Shown piece by piece: positions 1 to 8,220 of a stretch of 52,249 nucleotides of DNA (the first letter of the stretch is position 1; every line of letters begins with the position of its first letter). The stretch comes from Anaerolineales bacterium UBA3001 (lineage in GTDB: Bacteria > Chloroflexota > Anaerolineae > Anaerolineales > UBA11657). The notes beneath the pieces were generated by a model. The model was not told where the DNA came from. It saw only the letters and a list, made by a program, of their open reading frames with translations, and searched no databases. The stretch is taken from contig DDZT01000018.1 of the NCBI GenBank assembly GCA_002346435.1, forward strand, positions 61,853 to 114,101, given 5' to 3'. Both the position numbers and the translations under genes were made by a program.

Positions 1-881
1 TGTTCAACAAGATATTTGAGGCATAAGGCCATGATTCGATGAGGATCAATGAATTGACCATGGTTGTCCATAATGCCAATGCGGTCTGCATCTCCATCTG
101 TAATAATTGCTATATCACCTTTTCCATTTGCTATCGCGCTAGCTGTTGCCCCTAAATATTTCATTATTGGTTCAGGGTGAATTCCCCCAAATCCTGGATT
201 CATTTCACTACGAATTTCCATAACTTCGATGCCAGTACCGCTCAAGATACTTTTCAAATAACTTCTTCCAGATCCATACATCGCATCTGATATTACGTGT
301 AATCTATCAGGATGGTTTGCAATACAGTCGATGTCTATAATATTGTGAAGATGTTCAGCGTATGGTTGGTAAGGATTGAAACGTGTAATTGTTCCATTTG
401 AGACTGCTTGGTCAAAATCGACCAGGTTAGGACCTCGTGCTCGTGTTTCATTGTCGTTTAGGCATACTTCTACCCTACGGCATTGACTAGGTTGTGCACT
501 CCCACCATAAGCAGCTTTAATTTTTACACCGTTGTAGCGGGGGGCATTGTGGGAAGCAGTGATCATAACTGCCCCAGCAGCTTTTAGGTGTTGTACTGAG
601 TATGAAATTGCTGGTGTCGGTGCGTCGGCATGAGCAAGGTATACCTTAATCCCGTTACCTGCAAGTACTCTGGCTACTTCCCTTGCAAAACGATCTGATA
701 GAAAACGAGTGTCATATCCTACCACCATCAGATTTGGGTCATGATTTTGATGTTCTTCATCAAGCCAGTCTGGAGAGCTAACTGCATCGGCAATTGCTTG
801 AGACACGAGTCGTAAATTTCCGAATGTGAACGTATCTCCAATCACAGCTCGCCATCCGTCAGTACCAAATTGTATACTCAT
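1..881 (-). CDS. alpha-D-phosphohexomutase (phosphoglucomutase/phosphomannomutase family), N-terminal part; the 3' end lies outside the window
   Basis: Not in the ORF track because it runs off the window edge. The reverse complement from CAT at 879-881 reads MSIQFGTDGWRAVIGDTFTFGNLRLVSQAIADAV...VVGYDTRFLSDRFA...AVMITASHNAPRYNGVKIK. It contains the GTDGWR start and the T-A-S-H-N phosphoserine loop typical of this family. Confidence 0.8.
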   Translation of the reverse strand, partial: MSIQFGTDGWRAVIGDTFTFGNLRLVSQAIADAVSSPDWLDEEHQNHDPNLMVVGYDTRFLSDRFAREVARVLAGNGIKVYLAHADAPTPAISYSVQHLKAAGAVMITASHNAPRYNGVKIKAAYGGSAQPSQCRRVEVCLNDNETRARGPNLVDFDQAVSNGTITRFNPYQPYAEHLHNIIDIDCIANHPDRLHVISDAMYGSGRSYLKSILSGTGIEVMEIRSEMNPGFGGIHPEPIMKYLGATASAIANGKGDIAIITDGDADRIGIMDNHGQFIDPHRIMALCLKYLVE

Positions 882-962
882 GGCAATTCTTCAGAACCAA
901 CAATAATGTAGTTGTATATGCATTTGACCATATGGTCATTATAACATTTACACAGCTCTCAA

Positions 963-991
963 TTGACAGCTTGGATGTGGTAGTTTACTAT
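963..991 (+). promoter_or_regulatory. sigma70-like promoter for xseA (TTGACA-17 nt-TACTAT)
   Basis: TTGACA at 963-968, a 17-nt spacer, and TACTAT at 986-991, about 27 nt upstream of the xseA ATG. Confidence 0.45.
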
Positions 992-1017
992 CATATATAC
1001 AGAAATATCAACAGATT

Positions 1018-2256
1018 ATGCATATGAGCATGCAAATACCTTTTCGTCTACCGGGTGTTCATTGGACAGTCAGCGAACTAACAGATTATGTACGAGACTT
1101 GTTTGAGAATGACCTCCAGATGCATGATGTTGCGGTAATAGGCGAATTATCAAATGTTTCGCGTCCGCAATCAGGCCATGTATATTTTTCTCTTAAGGAC
1201 AAAGAGTCTACTATCCAATGTGTCATGTGGCGCAGCGTTGCTGCTCGGTTGGTTTATTTTCCACATGATGGTGATCGAGTAATTGTATATGGACATGTAA
1301 CTATCTATCCTTCTGGGGGGCGATATCAACTTTATGCTAGCATGGTCGAATCAGTTGGAGTAGGTGATTTATTGGTCCAGACGGAGATATTAAAGGACAA
1401 ACTTGCTTCTGAAGGACTGTTCGAATCGGACAATAAAAAAACATTACCGTCTCTTCCAGCTACAATAGCAATAGTTACGTCTTCATCTGGTGCAGCATAT
1501 CATGATATGCTGAATGTGATCAACAGACGTTGGCCTATCGCAAAAGTTCAACTTATACCAACTTCTGTTCAGGGTACCGAAGCTCCTGTAGAAATAGTTG
1601 ATGCTTTAAATGCTGCTGACAATGTGAATGCAGATGTCATATTGTTGGGTAGAGGTGGTGGTGATGCAGAGGACTTAGCAGCATTTAATTCGGAAGATGT
1701 GATACGCTCTATTTCTGCAACAAAAACTCCTATAGTAACTGGGATTGGTCATGAAACAGATTTTACATTAGCGGACTTAGCTGCTGATGTACGTGCGCCC
1801 ACTCCATCGGCTGCTGCAGAGATTGCTACACCGGACCATCATTTACTACGTCAGAAAATTCACTCAGATTTGGAAAAGATTTCGGAGGCAGTTGTGTATA
1901 AAATCCAAATAAGCAGTTTGAGATTGGATGAAATCAACAGTATGTTGCAAGCTTTGTCGCCGGTAAATGCGATACAGACTGCGCGCCAAAAATTAAATCA
2001 CCTGTATAGTACGTGCGTATCTGACATACGCAATAGTATTTACAGAAAGCGATTGACATTGGAAAAGTTTGACCATCTATTAGACAGTCTCGGGCCTAAT
2101 GCGACTTTGAATAGGGGTTATGCTATTGTGACTCGTGCTGGTACAACGCAAACAATATCTGATTCAAGTGTCGTATCGAAGGGCCAGTTGTTAGATGTGC
2201 TTGTAGAAAAAGGAAAATTCGAGGTTGAAGTTGGAAGAGTTATTTCAGAGGAGTAG
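1018..2256 (+). CDS. xseA: exodeoxyribonuclease VII large subunit
   Basis: 412 aa. It has an N-terminal OB fold (SELTDYVRDLFE...VIGELSN..RPQSGHVYFSLKD), the catalytic region GRGGGDAEDLAAFNSEDV...PIVTGIGHETDFTLADL.AD.RAPTPSAAAE, and is immediately followed by xseB. Confidence 0.93.
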   Translation: MHMSMQIPFRLPGVHWTVSELTDYVRDLFENDLQMHDVAVIGELSNVSRPQSGHVYFSLKDKESTIQCVMWRSVAARLVYFPHDGDRVIVYGHVTIYPSGGRYQLYASMVESVGVGDLLVQTEILKDKLASEGLFESDNKKTLPSLPATIAIVTSSSGAAYHDMLNVINRRWPIAKVQLIPTSVQGTEAPVEIVDALNAADNVNADVILLGRGGGDAEDLAAFNSEDVIRSISATKTPIVTGIGHETDFTLADLAADVRAPTPSAAAEIATPDHHLLRQKIHSDLEKISEAVVYKIQISSLRLDEINSMLQALSPVNAIQTARQKLNHLYSTCVSDIRNSIYRKRLTLEKFDHLLDSLGPNATLNRGYAIVTRAGTTQTISDSSVVSKGQLLDVLVEKGKFEVEVGRVISEE

Positions 2257-2258
2257 AG

Positions 2259-2471
2259 TTGATGGGAAAATCTAGGGAGCCAGAGTCACTTGACTTTGAA
2301 GCATCACTTACAGAATTGGAATCCATAGTTAGTAAGCTTGAAAATAGCCAGCTTTCACTTCAAGAATCATTGCAGTTATACAAACGAGGTGAGCTGCTTT
2401 CACAACGCTGCAATCAATTACTTGATGAGGCCGAGTCTCAGATTGATGAACAATCTTCTTCGGATGAATAA
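2259..2471 (+). CDS. xseB: exodeoxyribonuclease VII small subunit
   Basis: 70 aa with FEASLTELESIVSKLENSQLSLQESLQLYKRGELLSQRC, the typical XseB helical hairpin. It starts 3 nt after xseA. Confidence 0.9.
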   Translation: MMGKSREPESLDFEASLTELESIVSKLENSQLSLQESLQLYKRGELLSQRCNQLLDEAESQIDEQSSSDE

Positions 2472-2482
2472 TATATGTGTTG

Positions 2483-4072
2483 TCACGTCCCTAATCTTTT
2501 GATTTGGCGCACAATTATCATAGGTATCTTGTTTGCTTGTTGACTACCACAAGCTGCAGTGATTCCCCAAAATATTGTTATTCCTAGCGTTATTCCACCT
2601 AGAACGGTTACAATAACAGGAAGAGTTGTTATTTGTAACCAAACATATAAAAAGATTGACATAGCTATTGTTCCAATCATAGTTCTCAAAACGCTTTTTA
2701 GTAATATAAAAATTTGCAGGCCTGCAAGTCGTGGTCCGATTATCCAGAGTAAAGCCATCATCTCAGCAGTGGTAGCTATGGTATTAGCTAATGCTAAGCC
2801 ACCATGTGGAAAATAATTGTTGGCTAGGAAAGCACTTGCTAACACAAGGCTAAGTATTACGTTTAATATCATAGAGATGCCCCCGACAATCATTGGAGTA
2901 CGTGTGTCTTTGAAAGCGTAAAATGCTCTTGTGACTATTTCTACTACTGAATGCGATACTAATCCAAGTGCATACCAATTTAGTGCCCAAACTACCATAT
3001 TGGTTGAGTTTGCAGAAAATCTGTCATTTTGGAAGAGGATTTCAATTATGGGGCGTCCAATTATGCATAAACCAGCACTAGCTGGAATGGCAAGATATAG
3101 TGCTCCACGCAAACTAGAATTGAGAGATTGGCGCATTCTATCGGTGTGACCTAGAGCTGCCTGTTTGGAAAATGTAGGGAAAACTGCTGTAGCAATTGCT
3201 TGAGCTATTGCAGCTTGTGGGAACGTAAAAATTTGAAAGGCAATTACTAGAGCAGAGAGACTACCAGGTGGTAATCCAGAGCATATCACCGTATTTATCC
3301 AAAAGTTGATTTGCCATATAGACAATCCAATAGTTCTAGGTAACATTAAGCGTCCGACAGTCTTAACAAATTGATTTTGTATACCTAATGTTAGTGTGTA
3401 TTTGCCAGAATATCTTATTAATCTGGGGATTTGTATTGCTAGATGTAAGAATGCTCCAATCAATACTCCGTATGCCAACCCATAAATCCCCCAATTTGGT
3501 GTAAGTAGTATGGCACCTGCTGTAATCCCAGCGTTGTACAGTATTGGCGCTAAAGCTGGACTAAGGAAATGTTGATGGGAATGGTGTATGCCCATCAATA
3601 GACCACTAGCACCAAAGATTACTGTAGAACCTAACATAATTCGCATCAGGGTTACTACAATAGAGGCTTGTTCTTGTGAGAATCCAGGCGCTAAAAATTG
3701 TTGTGTGAGCCATGGAGCAAATAACCCAGAAATGCCAGCAAAAGCAGTCGATACAATAAATAGCCAATTAATGACTGCGCTAGCAAGTTTCCAAGCTTCT
3801 GTTTTACTTTCTCTTGCAAGTAAAGTGGTAAAAGTTGGTATGAAAGCAGATCCTAGAGCACCTCCTGCAATTACATGGAATATCAAATCTGGTACTCTGA
3901 ATGCAGTAAAATAAGCATCTAGAACAGGACTTGTACCAAATGTGCGATTGATTATCACTTGTCGGACTAATCCGAGCAGGTTTGCAAACACAAATGCTAA
4001 CATAATTGTGCTAGCTGATCTAGCTGTATGGATATTCCCAGTTTTATTCTCAATCATTGTTTTACTGTTCAT
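2483..4072 (-). CDS. murJ: lipid II flippase MurJ (MviN family)
   Basis: 529 aa, polytopic. The N-terminus ...LGLVRQVIINRTFGTSPVLDAYFTAFRVPDLIFHVIAGGALGSAFIPTF is the conserved MurJ/MviN signature region. Confidence 0.9.
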   Translation of the reverse strand: MNSKTMIENKTGNIHTARSASTIMLAFVFANLLGLVRQVIINRTFGTSPVLDAYFTAFRVPDLIFHVIAGGALGSAFIPTFTTLLARESKTEAWKLASAVINWLFIVSTAFAGISGLFAPWLTQQFLAPGFSQEQASIVVTLMRIMLGSTVIFGASGLLMGIHHSHQHFLSPALAPILYNAGITAGAILLTPNWGIYGLAYGVLIGAFLHLAIQIPRLIRYSGKYTLTLGIQNQFVKTVGRLMLPRTIGLSIWQINFWINTVICSGLPPGSLSALVIAFQIFTFPQAAIAQAIATAVFPTFSKQAALGHTDRMRQSLNSSLRGALYLAIPASAGLCIIGRPIIEILFQNDRFSANSTNMVVWALNWYALGLVSHSVVEIVTRAFYAFKDTRTPMIVGGISMILNVILSLVLASAFLANNYFPHGGLALANTIATTAEMMALLWIIGPRLAGLQIFILLKSVLRTMIGTIAMSIFLYVWLQITTLPVIVTVLGGITLGITIFWGITAACGSQQANKIPMIIVRQIKRLGT

Positions 4073-4156
4073 ATAATAAAGTCTGCTTAAAATTATATCG
4101 TAGAGGAGTTGTCTGTATAGTCAATAAAAAGTTCTTATGGGATTTGTATATGATAC

Positions 4157-4200
4157 TTAAAAGATTTGAGAGCTAGGTTTGCTAGCTCTCAATCTTTTAA
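4157..4200. other. strong 17-bp hairpin flanked by A/T runs (orphan terminator-like structure) in a divergent intergenic region
   Basis: TTAAAAGATTTGAGAGCTAG-gtttg-CTAGCTCTCAATCTTTTAA. The arms are complementary except for one bulged T, and T-runs follow on both strands. It lies upstream of both flanking genes, murJ (-) and the 4533 gene (+). Confidence 0.5.
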
Positions 4201-4532
4201 AAATAGGAGAAAAGGGTAAACATTTCTTCAAGATACTACGTTACAATTAAACCATATTCCTAAACTATTACATTATATTCATCTAACGATTGTCTTACGA
4301 TTGTCTATCTGTATCAATTGGTACACTCAAAGTATTTGATGGACATTATTGCAATAATTGGATTATATATCTTGCTGACTATAGATTATGATTTGAGTAA
4401 TAATTGTAGAGTTTAGGCATCCGTGCAGTTTATATTTTCTTCATTATTTAGCAAAACTGTGTTATAAAAGTAACGGATAAGTTAGTTTTATATTCATATA
4501 GTGGGCTATACATTGTATTTTTTGTGTAAATT

Positions 4533-5870
4533 ATGAATTTTGACAAGTTCGTTTCAAGTGTTTCACATAATAGAGTCAGTAGACTATCTTGGGCAGCCGG
4601 TCTATCAGGTATTCTAAGCATTTGCTTGTGGTTTAATGCAGTCTATGCTGCTGTAGATTCTGATGATGATGGAATCCCAGATAGTTCGGATAATTGTGTC
4701 TATGTAAGCAACCCAGACCAACGAGATAATGTTACCGCTTTTATATTAGGGCATGGAGACAAATGGAAAACATCATTTGAGCCATTATGGGCTCCTGCTG
4801 ACAAAAGTACTACTCGAGTTTATGTCGGTGGAACAATACAGGTATCAGTAACTGATTACACATGGAGTTCAGATGGCAAAAAAATAGAGTTCACCACTGC
4901 CCCTAAATTGGACGATGAGGTTCGCCTAGTGGTATTAGAAGACAAAGATGGCAGAGGTGATAAATGCTCTCCTGATCTAACAGTAGATTTTGATGGTATA
5001 CCAGATGAGGGTGACAATTGTCCACTTGTTTACAATCCTTACCAGGAAGATACATGGGGTACAAGTGAAGGTGATGCCTGTGAGACGGGTTCAGGAATTT
5101 CTGAAATATATCAGGTTTGGGCAAAAATATATGAGCATTCTAATTATAATGGGATTGAGGAAGTGATTCGAGTGGACGACGTACTGCTAGCTGGAAATGC
5201 AATAGGAGATGATGCTGTATCATCTATTCGCGTGGGACCACATACAGCTGTATATTTGTATACCTTACCCAATTATGGTGGAATTAGCGAGTTTTTTGGC
5301 AATGACGATTCTGACTTTATGGACAATCAAATTGGTCATGACACTGTGTCATCTATTCGTATGTATAGTACTGCGCCTATACGGGCAACAAAGATAGATG
5401 CAGGCATAGATTTTTGGTCAGGAAATAAAGGGCATGTTGGCCACATTTCGACTGCACAATTACAGACCTTAGTGTCAGGCGGATCAGGTAACAGTATTAT
5501 CCTCGAGCATGAGTATGTGGACAGCGTCCAGTCTATCACAGTTACTTATAATGGTTCTGGCGATTATGTTGTGTCCACAACAACTATAGTTGGAACATTA
5601 GATGAGACTTCACATTTTCATTACGAGGGTGTCGCTGACGTTGCTACTACTGTGGTTGTTACAGCTACTCCTACTCCTACTCCTACTCCTACTCCACTAC
5701 CTGCTACTGTTGTAATGGAAGCTTCTGAGAACAAATATATTGTTCAATCAGGTGATTATTTATTTAAAATAGCTGTGCTTCATAATACATCAGTACAATC
5801 CCTTGTACTTGCAAACAATATAGAGAATGCTGATCTTGTTTTCAAAGGACAGGTTTTAATTCTCCCCTAA
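4533..5870 (+). CDS. secreted multidomain protein: two thrombospondin type-3-like Ca-binding repeats, a beta/gamma-crystallin-like domain, a PT linker and a C-terminal LysM
   Basis: Signal peptide: [21 protein letters not shown]3 motifs: [24 protein letters not shown] and [22 protein letters not shown]. Two Greek-key signatures: YEHSNYNG...DDAVSSIRV and LYTLPNYGG...HDTVSSIRM. Linker: [10 protein letters not shown]. LysM: [29 protein letters not shown]...[10 protein letters not shown]. Confidence 0.75.
   Translation: MNFDKFVSSVSHNRVSRLSWAAGLSGILSICLWFNAVYAAVDSDDDGIPDSSDNCVYVSNPDQRDNVTAFILGHGDKWKTSFEPLWAPADKSTTRVYVGGTIQVSVTDYTWSSDGKKIEFTTAPKLDDEVRLVVLEDKDGRGDKCSPDLTVDFDGIPDEGDNCPLVYNPYQEDTWGTSEGDACETGSGISEIYQVWAKIYEHSNYNGIEEVIRVDDVLLAGNAIGDDAVSSIRVGPHTAVYLYTLPNYGGISEFFGNDDSDFMDNQIGHDTVSSIRMYSTAPIRATKIDAGIDFWSGNKGHVGHISTAQLQTLVSGGSGNSIILEHEYVDSVQSITVTYNGSGDYVVSTTTIVGTLDETSHFHYEGVADVATTVVVTATPTPTPTPTPLPATVVMEASENKYIVQSGDYLFKIAVLHNTSVQSLVLANNIENADLVFKGQVLILP
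5667..5696 (+). repeat. in-frame hexanucleotide microsatellite (ACTCCT)x4 plus ACTCCA, encoding the (Thr-Pro)n linker
   Basis: Direct reading gives actcct actcct actcct actcct actcca, in frame with the 4533 CDS. Confidence 0.9.
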
Positions 5871-5892
5871 GTAGTGATATTAAAAGTTAGAT

Positions 5893-6384
5893 TTAGTCGT
5901 GCTTTTGTCCATTTGGTAATGTTGCACCTGTAAGTGTACGGGCGCTTTCAAGCTGATATTCTGTCACCAAAGCACCAGTGAGATTAGCGTCGGCTAAATA
6001 TGCGCCACTTAGGTCAGCACCACGCAGATCTGTGTTGATAAGTTCGGAACTGTTAAGCACAGCGTTTCTAAAAACAGAATTTTGTAGATTGGCTCCAGAC
6101 AGAATAGCATGTCGCATAAATGCTCCTGTGAAATTAGAGTTACTCATATTCGCATCAGTCAATATCGCATATTCGAGATCAGCACCTGCCAAACTAGTTT
6201 CGGGCTTGTTGATTTCGCTTAAATTTATACCTTGCAAATTGCAGCTTATGTTCTTGCCTGTAAGAACTCGAGTAAGGCTGTATATATCAGTATTTCCTAT
6301 GGATGCTATTACCAAATATGATACTAAAACTATTGATACTAAAGCACTGATGAAAACTTTCTCATTTCTTGATCGAGTTGTCAT
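5893..6384 (-). CDS. membrane-anchored pentapeptide-repeat protein
   Basis: 163 aa with an N-terminal TM segment (VFISALVSIVLVSYLVIASIG). It is followed by contiguous A(D/N)LxX pentapeptides: LAGADLEYAILTDANMSNSNFTGAFMRHAILSGANLQNSVFRNAVLNSSELINTDLRGADLSGAYLADANLTGA. Confidence 0.8.
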   Translation of the reverse strand: MTTRSRNEKVFISALVSIVLVSYLVIASIGNTDIYSLTRVLTGKNISCNLQGINLSEINKPETSLAGADLEYAILTDANMSNSNFTGAFMRHAILSGANLQNSVFRNAVLNSSELINTDLRGADLSGAYLADANLTGALVTEYQLESARTLTGATLPNGQKHD

Positions 6385-6473
6385 TAGGCCTCCTTACGTA
6401 ATATACTGTGGCAAAATTTACCGATTTAGAAAGCAAATGGATACTTGGTTGATGTACGTTTCTTACGTTGAAA

Positions 6474-7127
6474 CTAACTCATGCTCCAGGCAATATATAA
6501 AAGGATAATACCTGCTACTCCCATTATCGATGCTAACCAAATCAGCCCAAATGGTTGTTTTGACTTCTGACTAGTTTTTATAATCAGTTGTTCTTTTTGA
6601 AAATATGTTGCCAGATCGGGGGAATCTGTAGATTCAAGACTAGGTTGATCCTGTGCAATATTAGAGTGCTGAGTAATTGTATCTGCTTCAGTTGATTCTT
6701 CAATCTTCTCAACAATCTCTGCTTTATCAATTTCCTGAGTATCTAATTCATCATCTTTAGCACTTTCTTTAGCAATATCTTTGATGTGGCTGTAGTTGTT
6801 CTGTTTGTAACCTAGAGGCTTGTTGTGTTTTTTAGCTTCTATGACCCAAGGGTCTCCAGGCGCCAAGAGTTGTGCTCTTCTAATTGCATCTGAACGTTCT
6901 TTTGAACTTGATGCTAATTCAGCTAGGAATTTCCAAGCAATTAACTTGTTAGGATGTTTTTTGGTAAATGTGCGCAATCCTTCTCTGGCAGCGGTAACAT
7001 CACCAGATTTAGCCAGACTAATAAGTTCATCTAAGTGTTCATCATGCGTATTCACAGAGTAACTATACATGATTGTTCTTGGTATTGCCACATAGCATAA
7101 CATTTCTGGAGTTTCTCTCTGGTACAA
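6474..7127 (-). CDS. hypothetical protein with a TPR-like helical N-terminus, an acidic linker and a C-terminal TM anchor
   Basis: 217-aa ORF. The start is uncertain; Met20 at 7070 is an alternative. The C-terminal hydrophobic segment is FGLIWLASIMGVAGIILLYIAW. I recognise no family signature. Confidence 0.45.
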   Translation of the reverse strand: MYQRETPEMLCYVAIPRTIMYSYSVNTHDEHLDELISLAKSGDVTAAREGLRTFTKKHPNKLIAWKFLAELASSSKERSDAIRRAQLLAPGDPWVIEAKKHNKPLGYKQNNYSHIKDIAKESAKDDELDTQEIDKAEIVEKIEESTEADTITQHSNIAQDQPSLESTDSPDLATYFQKEQLIIKTSQKSKQPFGLIWLASIMGVAGIILLYIAWSMS

Positions 7128-7136
7128 TAGATTTCT

Positions 7137-7472
7137 GTGATTAGTAACTTGCCTAAAGAAATAGCGTCAGAATTGGAATTAGCAGTTGCGGCGCGATCTA
7201 CTGATAACGAAGGAAAAGCGCGTGTGCATGCTCGCAGGGCGGCTGGTTGGGCTATAAGATCATGGTATGTGAGACAAGGTTGTACCAATCGACGGAAGTC
7301 CGCATTTTCTTACTTGCAAGGTGTGTCAAATGATTTATCTATTCCTGGGCACATTCGTGAGGCATCTTCACACCTTATCTTGCGGATTACCGTACATCAT
7401 GAACTGCCGATTGAAAATGATATGTTGGATGATGCTCGGTTGGTAGTTAACTATTTTGTGGACAAAGATTAG
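7137..7472 (+). CDS. hypothetical protein (111 aa, helical, contains an R-x4-H motif)
   Basis: The ORF is divergent from the 6474-7127 gene. I recognise no family. The motif RITVHH is noted. Confidence 0.4.
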   Translation: MISNLPKEIASELELAVAARSTDNEGKARVHARRAAGWAIRSWYVRQGCTNRRKSAFSYLQGVSNDLSIPGHIREASSHLILRITVHHELPIENDMLDDARLVVNYFVDKD

Positions 7473-7522
7473 ATAACATATGATTAAATTTTATTATTAA
7501 AATAGTCTCTGGGAATTGTAAT

Positions 7523-8077
7523 TTGATGACATCAAAGTTTGAGGTTGTTTCCAGTAAATATGTATATCAGGGTAGAGTGGTTCATTTACGTACTGATAAT
7601 GTACGCACTTTTTTAAGTGACAAGACAGTGTGCCGCGAAGTTGTGGAGCATTCAGGTAGTGTTGGTATTGTGGCAATAGATGAAGATGACAATGTGTATT
7701 TAGTGTCCCAGTATAGGCATGCAGTTGACAAGGTGCTAATGGAAATACCAGCAGGCACTCTTGAAAAAGGCGAATCCTCAATTGAGACTGCAAAGCGTGA
7801 ACTTAGGGAAGAGATAGGAATGTCTGCTGATCACTTGATATCTACAGGTAGTTTTTATCTAGCCCCAGGATATTCTTCAGAAATTATGGAAGTCTATATA
7901 GCTAAGGGTCTAAAAGTTGACCCTTTACCTAAAGATGTTGATGAGGATATCGTTGTGCATATGGTCCCGTTTGAAAAATTAGTAGCACAAATATGCTCTG
8001 GTGAATTTACTGATATTAAAACTGTGGCGGCCGTACTACTTGTAGCTCGTAACAATGCATTGCTTGGTTCTAGTTAG
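7523..8077 (+). CDS. NUDIX hydrolase (ADP-ribose pyrophosphatase-like)
   Basis: 184 aa. Nudix box: GTLEKGESSIETAKRELREEIGM (Gx5Ex7REUxEExGU). The overall layout resembles NudF/ADPRase. Confidence 0.85.
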   Translation: MMTSKFEVVSSKYVYQGRVVHLRTDNVRTFLSDKTVCREVVEHSGSVGIVAIDEDDNVYLVSQYRHAVDKVLMEIPAGTLEKGESSIETAKRELREEIGMSADHLISTGSFYLAPGYSSEIMEVYIAKGLKVDPLPKDVDEDIVVHMVPFEKLVAQICSGEFTDIKTVAAVLLVARNNALLGSS

Positions 8078-8220
8078 ATACAGCTTTTGCTCAAGTAACA
8101 CCTGCGGACATCTTGTTGTAGTATGTTGCTAAGTCGACCCTCATGCTATAATCATAATATTGCATTTATCTTAGTGCATAATGTATATATCCTGGTAGCC
8201 TGTTTTTAAAAGTCAATTGA

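Noticed and set aside
4339-4416. A 25-codon ORF (MDIIAIIGLYILLTIDYDLSNNCRV) that could encode a small membrane peptide.
   Set aside because: There is no Shine-Dalgarno-like sequence upstream, the region is AT-rich and such ORFs arise there easily, and I cannot assess conservation.
5978-6508. A 176-aa plus-strand ORF antisense to the pentapeptide-repeat gene.
   Set aside because: It is a mirror-frame artefact of a repetitive, codon-biased gene. The product is Arg/Ser/Leu-rich and low in complexity. It has no start context and overlaps a well-supported CDS almost completely.
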